Below are positions 27,301-37,362 of a stretch of 64,000 nt of DNA, one piece after another. The notes under the pieces are model-generated. The model had not been told where the DNA came from. It ran no database searches and worked only from the letters and a program-made list of their open reading frames with translations. This DNA is from Phoronis australis. Taxonomy: Eukaryota > Animalia > Phoronida. Positions within the stretch are counted from its first letter, which is position 1; each line of letters starts with the position of its first letter. The stretch covers positions 508,275 through 572,274 of the forward strand of contig NMRA01000225.1 of NCBI GenBank assembly GCA_002633005.1, given 5' to 3'. Made by a program: the position numbers and the translations under genes.

Positions 27301-30139
27301 ACAAGAATAGTTCATATTAAACTCCAACTTCGTTCCATCAGGCGGGTGAAGGTCAGTGGGGCACAGACGAGGGTGTCTTCAACAGGATCCTGTCCACGCG
27401 CAGCTTTCGACACTTAAGGCATGTGTTCGAGACCTACAAAAACCTATCGGAGAAGACTGTTCTGGATGCAATTGAGGCAGAAACCAGCGGCGACTTAAGG
27501 AAAGCTTTCGTGTCCATAGGTATGCGCTGTCATGGCATGGAAACTAGGCGTGCTCATTTTCAAATTCGTAGTTTGTTCCGCTTTATCAGGATGAATGCAT
27601 CTGCATGAGGGTTCAGTAGTCATGTTGCCCAAAATCACTGCAAAGTATAGCTAGTTCGAAGGCTTTATTTACGTGACTGAAATATTGCACTGCAGAATTA
27701 TATTAAAGCGTGACTGATTTCATTTGCATTTTTGATTACTGCACTAAACAAATTTAGGTACCGCGTTGGTGAACGGGAGACTCTGCCAATTTTAAAAGCA
27801 TACCAAACCCGGTTTTGATACTGGAAATGACTTTCCCACCCAGTTTTCAGACAAAAAATAATTCTGTGTAACCCTCGACAACAAGAATTTGGAAGAAATT
27901 TTGAAAACTCCTTCAAAACTTGCTAAACGGGTAAGCGTGCGTGACCTTCGCTTTATTAGCGAATTACACCACCCGTTCCAAACGCCATAACACCGCAACT
28001 GTGGGAAAAGACCACGCACCAAGGGCCATAGCCAGGGTATTATTCCATTGAAACAGGAACCCTGATGTCAAACAGTTATCCGGAGTCGAAAACAGACTCC
28101 CGCACCTTCAGAACAGCTAACCAGCCCCACCCAAAATACACGAACCCTCACCTTTAAAACAGGAACCCCGGGGATCGGACGGGAAACCCGGACAACTTTT
28201 CAAATTTTCTGAGACCGTTGTCAGTAGCCTCAAACTTTGAGTTAAAGCAACTTTAAGTACTTTCCAGTTGCTTTCTGCATTTGTTTGTTAAAAATTGTGA
28301 ATGATAAAACGTAAATATTATATTGACATTGTTACTTGATTATTATTGGTAAAACTGGTGCAACTTAGTCAGTGGGCGAATTTTAACATAATCTGTACTT
28401 TCCTGGTTGTTATTTCGGTGAATAATTGGTTAATTTCAGATTATTCATTAGTTTCTTCAAAAGTATTTTCAAAAATGAGAGCCATTTCTTCTTGGTGGAG
28501 GAAGTACATTTGACTGAATAATTGGGGAAAAAGAAATTGGCCAGTAGGTAACGCAATACATAAAGTGTTCATGGTGCCGAAAGCCGACGCCAAAGATGGC
28601 ACCGCAACTTTAGCAGCAGAATAACGTAGAACGCCAGTCCGTCATAAGTTGTCTAAAATTCTCAGATGTTAAAACAACACATCACAACAACTATTTAACG
28701 TAGGATGGTTTATTTTTCATTAAACGAAGTTTGACAGAAAGTGAGGGAGTCGTGTTTTGGTCCCCGGGTACCCGATCCCCGGCTGGATTCTGTTTTAAAG
28801 GTCAGGGTTCGATTTTCGGGCTGGTTAGTTATTTTGAAGGTGCATGAGCCTATTTTTGACTCCGGGGATATCTGCTTACACGGGGATTTCCATTTGATGG
28901 AACACCTTGAGGACATAGCATGCCTTTAACTTGGAACATTGACGGCAATAAGTGATGCATTAGCAGGTGATAGAACGAGGATTGGTGGAAATCATCAAGA
29001 CGAAGTTTCGTATCCTCTTAATGTACTAGACGTTCGCAACACTCCTAAAAAACATACCGGTGAAGTTTTGGCTGTGTCCGTGGTGAGGGCCACTTAAACC
29101 TTTTGAACCCTACCTAGATCCATCACTGGATTTTGTGCCTTTGATGGCATCGTGTATCCACTGGTATAAAGCGTTTATTGCATTCGCATGTTGTTAATCT
29201 CTGACTGTTAATCTTTGGATGAAGTAATTACTAAATGAGAAAACGACTAACCCCGGCTTCCTTGACCTTTCCAAAGAGGTGCAGGTTCGAGAGTTGAATA
29301 TACTGTAGATGTTATTCTTACCAGTTTGGCTCTTAGAATGAATTATACAAAACTACTCTCGCGCTACCCATCACAGACAATTTACATCTCTTCTTTTAGC
29401 AAAGTTTGCCCAGAATCGTCTAGTTTTTTACGCGGAGCAGTTCCATGCAGCCATGGCCGGTATTGGTACGGACGAGAACTCATTAACGAGACTTGTTCTT
29501 GCTCACTGCGAGGTAGGTCTAGTTTTCGTCGCCAACACCTCTGGCATCATAGCAACTAAGGCCAGGGTTTTTTGCTTGCACTTGCGCTACCCGGTTTGTT
29601 ACTCGTTGTTTTTTCATGAAGTGAAACTAGTGGTGCATGGTCACAGTGGACGCAACGCCTACGACAATATGTTTTAGGCTAAAATTCCGTTAGAAAAGAC
29701 GAAGTTCTGATTTAGTGGCAAAACGTTTCTCAAGCTTTACATTATAACGTTATAGAGAAAATTACGAATTTTGTATCGAGTGAATCAGTTCTGTTCAGTT
29801 ATCTACCTCCAAGCTATGCGGTGGCCCAAAACCGACACCGACAAAATAACATGAGGAAAAAATGGCTTTTGTCCAAGGTGGAAAGGTTTTCTTCTCGGAG
29901 AAGTGGTTTTTCCTGTTATCTTTTCAATGTCAACTTTGGGCCACCGTAATTTCACACGTATGCTAACTTTCACTACAACATTTCTTGAATATGTTTTGTA
30001 GGTAGACCTGGCTCAAATTAAACAGGTATTTCTGACCACGTATGGGAAGTCCTTGGTGGATCGTATAGCAGACGACACCAGTGGTTACTATCGCCTGCTA
30101 CTCTGTCGCTTGGTCTCTAAAAGTTACGCCGAAGCTTAG
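15392..30139 (+). CDS. Annexin (four-repeat core, very short N-terminus), 9 coding exons, 325 aa
   Basis: Exons 15392-15409 (MSHKFK), 16668-16749, 17007-17101, 22733-22846, 23135-23225, 26203-26351, 27342-27519, 29400-29512 and 30002-30139 (TAG) sum to 978 nt with consistent phases and GT-AG introns. Four endonexin motifs (KGLGTDE, MKGLGTDE, GEGQWGTDE, MAGIGTDE) each have the downstream acidic cap residue (SDLSG, SECRG, AETSG, DDTSG). Confidence 0.95.
17262..19326. repeat. ~1.03-kb near-identical duplication across a single N (probable uncollapsed haplotypes) in annexin intron 3
   Basis: 17262-18300 is repeated at 18302-19326 with n at 18301; scattered SNPs and a 15-bp indel near 17394. Confidence 0.85.
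19265..22236 (-). mobile_element. 5'-truncated, frameshifted non-LTR retrotransposon (CR1/L2-like RT), antisense within annexin intron 3
   Basis: Minus-strand RT motifs [39 protein letters not shown] and FLYADDTA, C-terminal PHLDYCDIIY and CSCG; AATAAA followed by a short A-tail at about 19263-19278; 12-bp TSD tatagtagcctt (19253-19264) / tatggtagcctt (22237-22248). Confidence 0.92.
20252..20977. repeat. Five head-to-tail copies of a 145-bp segment inside the LINE
   Basis: The unit start gtatgccagcg recurs at 20253, 20398, 20543, 20688 and 20833 (period 145). Confidence 0.95.
22269..22603. mobile_element. MITE/foldback element
   Basis: Inverted termini cgtagataagccc...catgggcgtttattcggaaaat versus attttccgaataaacgtccatgggcttatctatg; internal repeats of gggcgtttatt. 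Confidence 0.6.
26705..26855. mobile_element. Two tandem short hAT-like MITE units
   Basis: catgggc...gcccatg termini; the motif gcactgaaaaaagtggg...cagcccc...ggtgc.ccgcc occurs twice. Confidence 0.5.
27032..27158. repeat. Compound microsatellite (CAAA)n(CATA)n
   Basis: Directly visible tetranucleotide runs. Confidence 0.95.
28032..28909. mobile_element. Foldback element with ~160-bp diverged inverted arms
   Basis: 28032-28196 (ccggagtcgaaaa...ctaaccagccc...cgaaccctcacctttaaaacag...ccggggatcgg) is the reverse complement of 28760-28909 (ccgatccccgg...ctgttttaaaggtcagggttcg...gggctggttag...ttttgactccgg). Confidence 0.65.
29819..29946. mobile_element. Short MITE with CGGTGGCCC termini
   Basis: cggtggcccaaa ... 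tttgggccaccg followed by TA; the same terminus occurs at 63131. Confidence 0.6.
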
Positions 30140-30659
30140 GGAATTTATGGCTGATCTAATCATCACTTCATTGTTGCTTTTGTATTGAGCGTAATTTCCT
30201 GCGGCCCAGAAATGTATAAATCGCCATTCCATGAGGAAGGTTGAAAACGTTCTCATCTCTACTGACTATTTATGTTGATTATTAAACTAGTAAATTTGTT
30301 TAATGAATAAGTTGTTGTACGATTGTCATTTGAATACGCTTCACTCAATGCGCTAAATATAAAAAGCCAAATTTAATTCGTAACAACGCTTCACTGTTTA
30401 TACCCTATGGAACCGATTAGTAAATTGTTTGTTTATTGGCAAAACATTGATAAATTTCGTCAACTTTTCTCATCATCATTACCACTTTAGTAAGTCATGG
30501 CTTGAGACTAAATTTTGTCTGGAATGGATCAACACAATCGTCAACAGTGAACTGAATAACGGCAACGCATTTGTTTACGCTACTGTATTATTCTTGATTA
30601 ACAATATATTATAAGCAACGAAGGCACTCTCGGCGAAATACATACGTCCTAGACAATGT

Positions 30660-32710
30660 GAAGCTTATAGGCCTACTCCGTTTAGTGCTACATGTAAGGT
30701 ACGTCTATTCAACCGGTAACACACAATCACATAATAATATTCCAGTGCTGTTATTCATGATAGCTATCGATGTGAAAATACAATAGGCTCTAAGCAATGT
30801 CAGCAGAGATAGTACGTGTTAACTAACTATAAATTTAACATTACGGTACATAATATGTATGTACTTTAAGTTGTATACGCAGTAGATAAGAAATCATAGT
30901 TACTCACCAAGATAAAAATACTACAAACGTTGTTTAGCAGTCAATCTATAAACAGACAGGAGTCCAAAGGATTTACCATTATTATGAGTAAATCTACATG
31001 TGAAAGCACGAATATGTGTTCGTCTCACTCACACGGTGAACTAAATATGTTTGGAAACACACGGATGCAAACCTAACTAAAATAACCAAAGCTAAACGTA
31101 TTTCTTGGTTAACAATGTATCATAAGCAACGAAAACACTCAAACTATATTGTCTTGCACCCTGACGTTGTCATTGTATCAACGAGTAATTTGCAACACAT
31201 TGTCGGTTTCTCAAAAGAATTAAAAGTTCGGCAATATATGAAAATGGTATCAAGCCAAAATTTACAGCACCGACACGAATAAACAGCGTTTCAGTCGGCC
31301 ATGACCTTCATTAATGCACAAATACACACAATAGTAATCCATTGTACAGAATAGACATATAGAAATATACTTAATGATTATAATATTTTCACAATTTTGC
31401 AAACATGGGCCGATGGCCTTCGAATTCCAGATGGTTCTTCATTTACTCCTCTACTGTTCAAAAAAATCCAGATAGATATTTACATACCCAAGGTGCTCCA
31501 CGTGCGCAACAACATATACTATGCGGTGCCGCACGTGATACCAGCTTCCTCGGATCATAGAACTCTAGCTTAGAGTTCTGTCCTCAGGCAAAAACTACAC
31601 AGCAAACAGCGGTGACACAAAGGTAAAATTAACATTCCAGTGCTGTTATTCATAATATCCCTCGATGTTAAAATACAATAGTCTCTAAGCAAGGCCAGCA
31701 AAGATAGTACGTGTTAACTAACTTTAACATCACGATACATAATATGTATGTACTTTAAGTTGTATACGCAGTAGATAAGAAATCATAGCTACTCACCCAG
31801 TACTTCTGAAGGAGATAAAAATACTACAAACGTTGTTTAGCAGTCAATCTATGTACAAACAGGAATCCAAAGGATTTAACATTATCATGAGTAAATCTAC
31901 ATGTGAAAGCACGATTATGTGTTTGTCTCATTCACACGGTGAACTAAAATATGTTTAGAAACACACGGGATGCAAACCTAGCTAAAATAATCTAAGCTAA
32001 ATGTATTTCTTGGTTAACAATGTATCATAAGCAACGAAAACACTCGAACTATATTGTCTCGCACTCTGACGTTGTCGTAGTATCAACGGATATTTCGCTA
32101 CATACTGTTGGTTTCTCAAAATAATTCAAAGCTAGGCAATGTATGAAACTGACATCCAATCAAAATTTACTGCACCGACACGAATCAACAGCGTTTTGGT
32201 CATGACCTTCGTTAATGCAAAAATACACGCAATAATAATCCATTGTACAAGCACTCCCTACGTTACTAGAAATATACTAAATGATTATAATAATTTCACG
32301 ATTTTGCAAACATGGGCCGATGGCCGTCGAATTCCAGATGGTTCGTCATCTACTCCCCTACTGTTCAAAATAATCAAGATAGATATTTACATACCCAAGG
32401 TGCTCCACGTGCGCAATAACATATACTATGCGGTGCCGCACGTGTTACTAGCTTCCTCGGATCATAGAACTCTAGCTTAGAGTTCTGTCCTCAAACAAAA
32501 ACTACACAGCAAACAGCGGGCACGTGTAACTTCCCAGCCCATTTGAAGCTTATAGGTCTACTCCGTTTAGTGCCAAAGTACGTCTATGCTACCGGTAATA
32601 CACAGGTAAAATTAATATTCCAGTGCTGTTATTCATAACATTCCTCGATGTGCAAATACAATAGCCTCTAAGCAATGCCAGCAAACCTAACTAAAGTAAC
32701 CTAAGCTAAA
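30660..32710. repeat. Diverged ~0.9-kb tandem repeat (two copies plus a partial third) between the convergent annexin and RNF213-like 3' ends
   Basis: The anchor attccagtgctgttattcat recurs at about 30739, 31634 and 32616. Long colinear similarity with SNPs and indels; no N junction. Confidence 0.9.
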
Positions 32711-33141
32711 TTTAGGTAAACCAAGCTAAGCTAATCTGAGCTAAGTTAAACTTAATGCACTTTCGGCAAATTGGATCGCGTTGACAGAAAGATGGGCACA
32801 TTTATTTATGCAAGTGAGAAAATCTACGGGTATAGAATAAAGTCACACATACACACGCACACGCACAATGGTCAGTCAACTTTTGTACAAAGCAATTTAC
32901 ATTTTTACATCAATTTATTACATGGGTAAATATTTCGGGCAACGATGAAGTTTGCGGAGCTTAGCGTTAAGGTGAAGAACAGTATTAATCACCGAGAGAA
33001 TTTTAAAGGCATTTGTTAATATGCAAAGTAATTGTTTCGAAGTCCACTACAACTTGTTCAGGCTATCTCCTCGTGATTTCTAGTAACTGGCAGAGATATG
33101 CGGCAGGTGAAAGTGAGAGATGCCAGCTCGTCTACCATGGA

Positions 33142-33225
33142 CTAGAAGACTAAACTGTACGAGTTCTTGTTTTTCTTCTTCTTGTCTAAGGGCTTCACGC
33201 TTTTTCTGGTCTCAGTAGCTCCTTG
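33142..33225 (-). CDS. RNF213: Probable last coding exon of the RNF213-like gene (QGATETRKSVKPLDKKKKNKNSYSLVF*)
   Basis: Acceptor ttgtttcag immediately upstream, phase 0, matching the CAG|GTGAGT donor at 37363/37362. Minus-strand AATAAA at 32914-32919 and 32801-32806. Confidence 0.6.
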   Translation of the reverse strand, partial: QGATETRKSVKPLDKKKKNKNSYSLVF

Positions 33226-35079
33226 CTGAAACAATTTTAAGCACAAATATACATCTTCGCCGTGGAAACTGAACCGAAAAAATAGTAAAGATAGTTGGTA
33301 AAGACAAGGTTGCCGTTGTGGTGTACTGGCCAACACGAAGAAATCCAAAAGATAAAGAATGCGAAAAACCACGAGGCGGCAGAAATTACGTGTTGTACTT
33401 GTAGAGGAGTTCAGCAGGATGCACAGGTTCCAAAATAGGATAACTTGACATCAAGGCACAACATTTAGGATACGCGGTTGTTAAAAGGACGCTAAACCCT
33501 GGCTATTTGGTGACGTCAAATAATACGAGTCTTGTGATTCCAGGTGTGTGCTATTTGTCTGTAACTCACCTAAAGCATTAGTAATGGAGACTTGAGTAGT
33601 AGTAGTCAAATTTGCCCACACATTAACTGATGGCGGTAAAAGAGCATTATCTTGTTTTCAAGGGCAAGTTGTAGTTGATATTCGCAAATAGACCAAAGGA
33701 GTATTATTTTTAAGCGGCTGTAAACTAGTGTTGGTCCAAAACATTTCCGAATCGCTATTTTAGTATTACAGTGCAAGAGACCATGGTCGGCCCAGTAAGT
33801 GACACACGAGTTGAAGAACCTGGTTTCAAGAGAAAACGAACTGTCAGCCCTCTCGAAGCTCTAACAATTTGAGACAATTCCATGAAAGTAAATGGGCTAA
33901 ATCAAAGACTGTTTTTGTGATGGAAGACGTCAATCAACACTAAAACTAATTGATGAACACTGACAGACGGCGACGAAATTTTGGCGGGAACCAACTACTT
34001 AGCCATGAATCCCAATGACAAGGAGCTCGGCAGTTGTGCAACGTTGGGGAATCTATTTTACAGCAAGACCAAGAAGTTGTGATTTATTTTTCACATATTC
34101 TTATTCACTTGAATGCACGATGATGCCAATAATTTAACTAAAACAAACATGCCCATTATTAAAATAACATGTTTGCTAAGCTTTAATAATACTAACAGAC
34201 AAGACACTTTAATTTGGGGGATTTCATCTACGGCTGAGATGTCGTTTTTCAAATGCGTTATGGGACGGTTGTCGGCTAGCAAACTGACTTCATAAAGAAA
34301 TTGAAAATTCGTAAACAGTGTGGCGGAAAACAAGACTTATCACCGAGCTCATCATATTTGAAAGCGCGAGTTCATTGCAACATGATATTTCGTGCCAGTT
34401 ACAGCTCGACGCTAAGATAAACGCCAAGTCGCATTTGACGACCTGGCAAAAATCCCAGGTCGCCAAACGAAATCTGAGGTCGAAAAATCTCATGTCGCCA
34501 AACGAAGGCTGAGGTGGCCAAAATTGAATATCTCGGGCGGCGCCTACATTAATTGACCTATCACCAGGATTATGAGTGACGGCTTAACTGACCAATCAGA
34601 ACGCAGGATTCTTGACACACCTTCATTTCCAAGCCGCCATTTTACCCGACAAACAACACGTTGCCGAGTAAAACTTATTGTTTGTTTGTCGACATTACGC
34701 AAGCTTGCGATTGGTCAATTCACAGCGTCTTAAAAGTTCATCAACCAAAAACACGGCTGTAGCGCCCCCCACTTTGCCCATAAATTCTTAAATATAGGCG
34801 AACCTTAATTCTCTAACTCGATTCCTCCCGGCGGCAAACAAACATGACCGCAAGGCAACTGGCGCGAGTTTAGCCGATCGTGCCCGATTTTTTTCGAACA
34901 ATTCCGACTTCTGCCTGTCTACTTCATCTCGTCTTGTATGAGATCTATCGCCAGGATTTTAACTGATGGCATTCTCGACACACCTTCGTCTGCGTTTCCA
35001 AGCCGCCATTTTACCTGGCAAACATCACGTTGTCGGGTAAAGCTTATTTTAGTCTATAGCTCAAGAAATTGAGATAAGA

Positions 35080-35180
35080 ATGGTGAAACGGTGTTTATAT
35101 GGTGTGTGTAATTCCGACAGCCATTATTCCGCTCGAGAAGAATATCCCATCACTTTTTGGGCATTCACAAAGCCGAAGTT
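35080..35180 (+). mobile_element. THAP zinc-finger N-terminal fragment of a DNA transposon
   Basis: MVKRCLYGVCNSDS...FWAFTKPK has the CxxxxC...F(P)KP pattern of a THAP N-terminus and then decays. Confidence 0.5.
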
Positions 35181-35612
35181 GCCTTTGTCTCGGTACCTCC
35201 TGGACCCAGCGCATACTAGCTGTAGTACCCAGAAATTGTTGTTTTTAAGGATATTTTTAGTTTTCATTTATTTTATCCGAATGGATATCGTCTTGTTTCG
35301 TAGCAAAAGTGAGGAACATTTCCTTAGTTATTCATATATCCGTAGGCTGGCGTGCAACTGAACTTCTCGCCAGAATTGACAGAGTCGATCTGCATAGGAG
35401 GGGCACTGGATTACTGAACTCAAAGCTTTGTTCGAACTGTTGTCAAGAAAAATAAACTATTAAATTACTTTTTGTTGAGAACCTTTAGTCAACACTTCGC
35501 CTGCTGAGTTAAAGAGAGCTGAATTTTTTATTGTAAAACCAAGAAGTCAAAAATAACTCAAATTCCTTTTTGAAGCTTCATAAACATGATGCTTGGAATT
35601 GTGAAGCTTTAA

Positions 35613-36559
35613 AGTGTACACAACATGACTCTAGTACCTCAAAATAAATTTTATTACTATATCTTACTTGATTTCAGTGCCTTTAGTGCACAGCTCATAA
35701 AGAAACACGCAAAAATTGAAAAAATAATGATTATGTACAACGTCATGGGTTGAACCCAAGACGTTCGCCATACTGTTCAGATCAGAGACAAAGTGTATAG
35801 AGTGAAGTGAAAGCAAAGTACATTTAGCGTCGAGAAGGTTCGTAGAGGGATCAAAAGATGTGTTGCCGGAGGCTGCAGCAACGGCAGACAGGCAGAGAAC
35901 GTCTCGGTGTTTCGAAGGACACCAAAGTTGCGCAGAAGTGGCATCACTTCGTGCGCCGAACGAGAGTGGACCAAGCGCTTTGGTCCGGGGCCACTCTGTG
36001 TTTTGCCCACTTTGAGGACTCGTGTTTCGACTTCAGTCACAGGAGATGTTACGATGAAAGCCTGGTTCAATAAAGGGCAATATTTATCATTCAGAAACAT
36101 CGGCTCTTAATTCAGGATCATCTGTTGGATGACTGAGTTGACTCGCCGAGCCCGAGGCCGCTTCTCTCGCGGGAGGATCCAGTTGGTAAGGCTCAAAGTA
36201 GAAAAATACGCAGCCGGAAGCAGATCAAACTTGTTCTCGCTTTCGTGCAACCCCATTTCCTCATCCTGGCCACCATTCCCGTACGTTTTTTCAAAGTATT
36301 CATTCAATTCTTGCTCATAATCGTCGTCGCTTTCAAATTCACTGCTCTCCGCCATTTTTCAATGCTAGTCACTGATCTCTTGTGTTCAACCCATGACGTC
36401 ACATGGCGGGAAATGTGAAAATTGGCAAAATTGAAAGAAAAATCAAAATTTCGAGCTAATCACACAAAATAAACATGGGTTTAGCTAATTTTTACGTCAT
36501 ACCTTTAGTCTGTGGCCACCGGTAATTCAAAATGTGCAAAAATCCATGGTGTGTACTGT
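35613..36559. mobile_element. Internally deleted Kolobok-like DNA transposon (THAP 5' fragment plus convergent second-gene 5' fragment)
   Basis: Flanked by TTAA on both sides (35609-35612, 36560-36563); imperfect TIRs agtgtacacaacatg / catggtgtgtactgt; subterminal inverted repeat acgtcatgggttgaac(c/a)caaga (35740-35761 / 36378-36399). Frameshifted THAP on + (RCVAGGCSN...KWHHFVRRTR...LCFAHFEDSCF) and an acidic ORF start on - (36355, MAESSEFESDDDY...). Confidence 0.65.
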
Positions 36560-37362
36560 TTAAAAAAGAATTTGAGTTATTTTTGACTTATCGGTTGGAG
36601 GCGGAGCTTGCAAAAGGTCAATTTGACCTATCGCAAGCTCCGCTCCGTGGTGGCAAAAGCGCTGATTTCACGAAATAAACATAACAGCTGCAAATCAAAA
36701 GTTTAAATCTCAGAAAAGAAACTGTTATTGATTTAATGTTTGGATGTCAACGCGAAATTTGAAACGCATTTAGAGGAAATTATTGTCCGACTATTTGATA
36801 TTCGCTATGGCAACTTGGAATTTTCCCGGGTCGCCAAACAAACTTTGTGGTCGCATTGGCGACGAAAAGGTCGCCAAATCGATGTATGCAGTATGATTCA
36901 ATGAAAAGCATACGAAATAAAAACTGGATGTGAGCTACAAATGTATGGAATACATGTACATGTAGATGTATACACTTGGCAAATTTTTGCGCGAAAGATT
37001 TTCGAGGCACGCGCCATCCGATGAAGCTGAAGTTAAATCTCACGCACCTATCACCACGCCTGCGTTCTGTAGACCCAAGAAACTCGCAAGATTACGCATG
37101 ACTTCGCAAGTCACCCAATTACATTAACCTGACTCGCTAAATTCTTGCATCTACGAAACATAGCCCGAGTTTCTGCACGTCTACTTCGTTTTCAGTGACG
37201 TCAGCGAATGTTTACGAGCCCGGCAACAACCGTCACACAATAAAGTTTGAAAAACGACCATCAGCGCCACTAGTGGAACGGAACTCCCATAATCAAACAT
37301 TTTGACTGATTACCTTGATATATGTGCGTCTAATTACAAATCCAAGTATTGGGTCAACTCAC

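Noticed and set aside
31575-31590. Hammerhead ribozyme core (CTGAGGA on the minus strand followed by a stem)
   Set aside because: The required GAAA after stem II is absent (ATGA), and copy 2 has TTGAGGA.
32139-32480. 113-aa ORF in the tandem repeat
   Set aside because: The sister copy has a 4-nt frameshift and a stop in the same frame, and no domain is recognisable.
33570-33627. Extra small minus-strand exon with a strong GTGAGT donor in the last RNF213-like intron
   Set aside because: It is open only in phase 1 and contains a stop in phase 0, which is incompatible with the phase-0 donor of the giant exon; it cannot be supported without RNA data.
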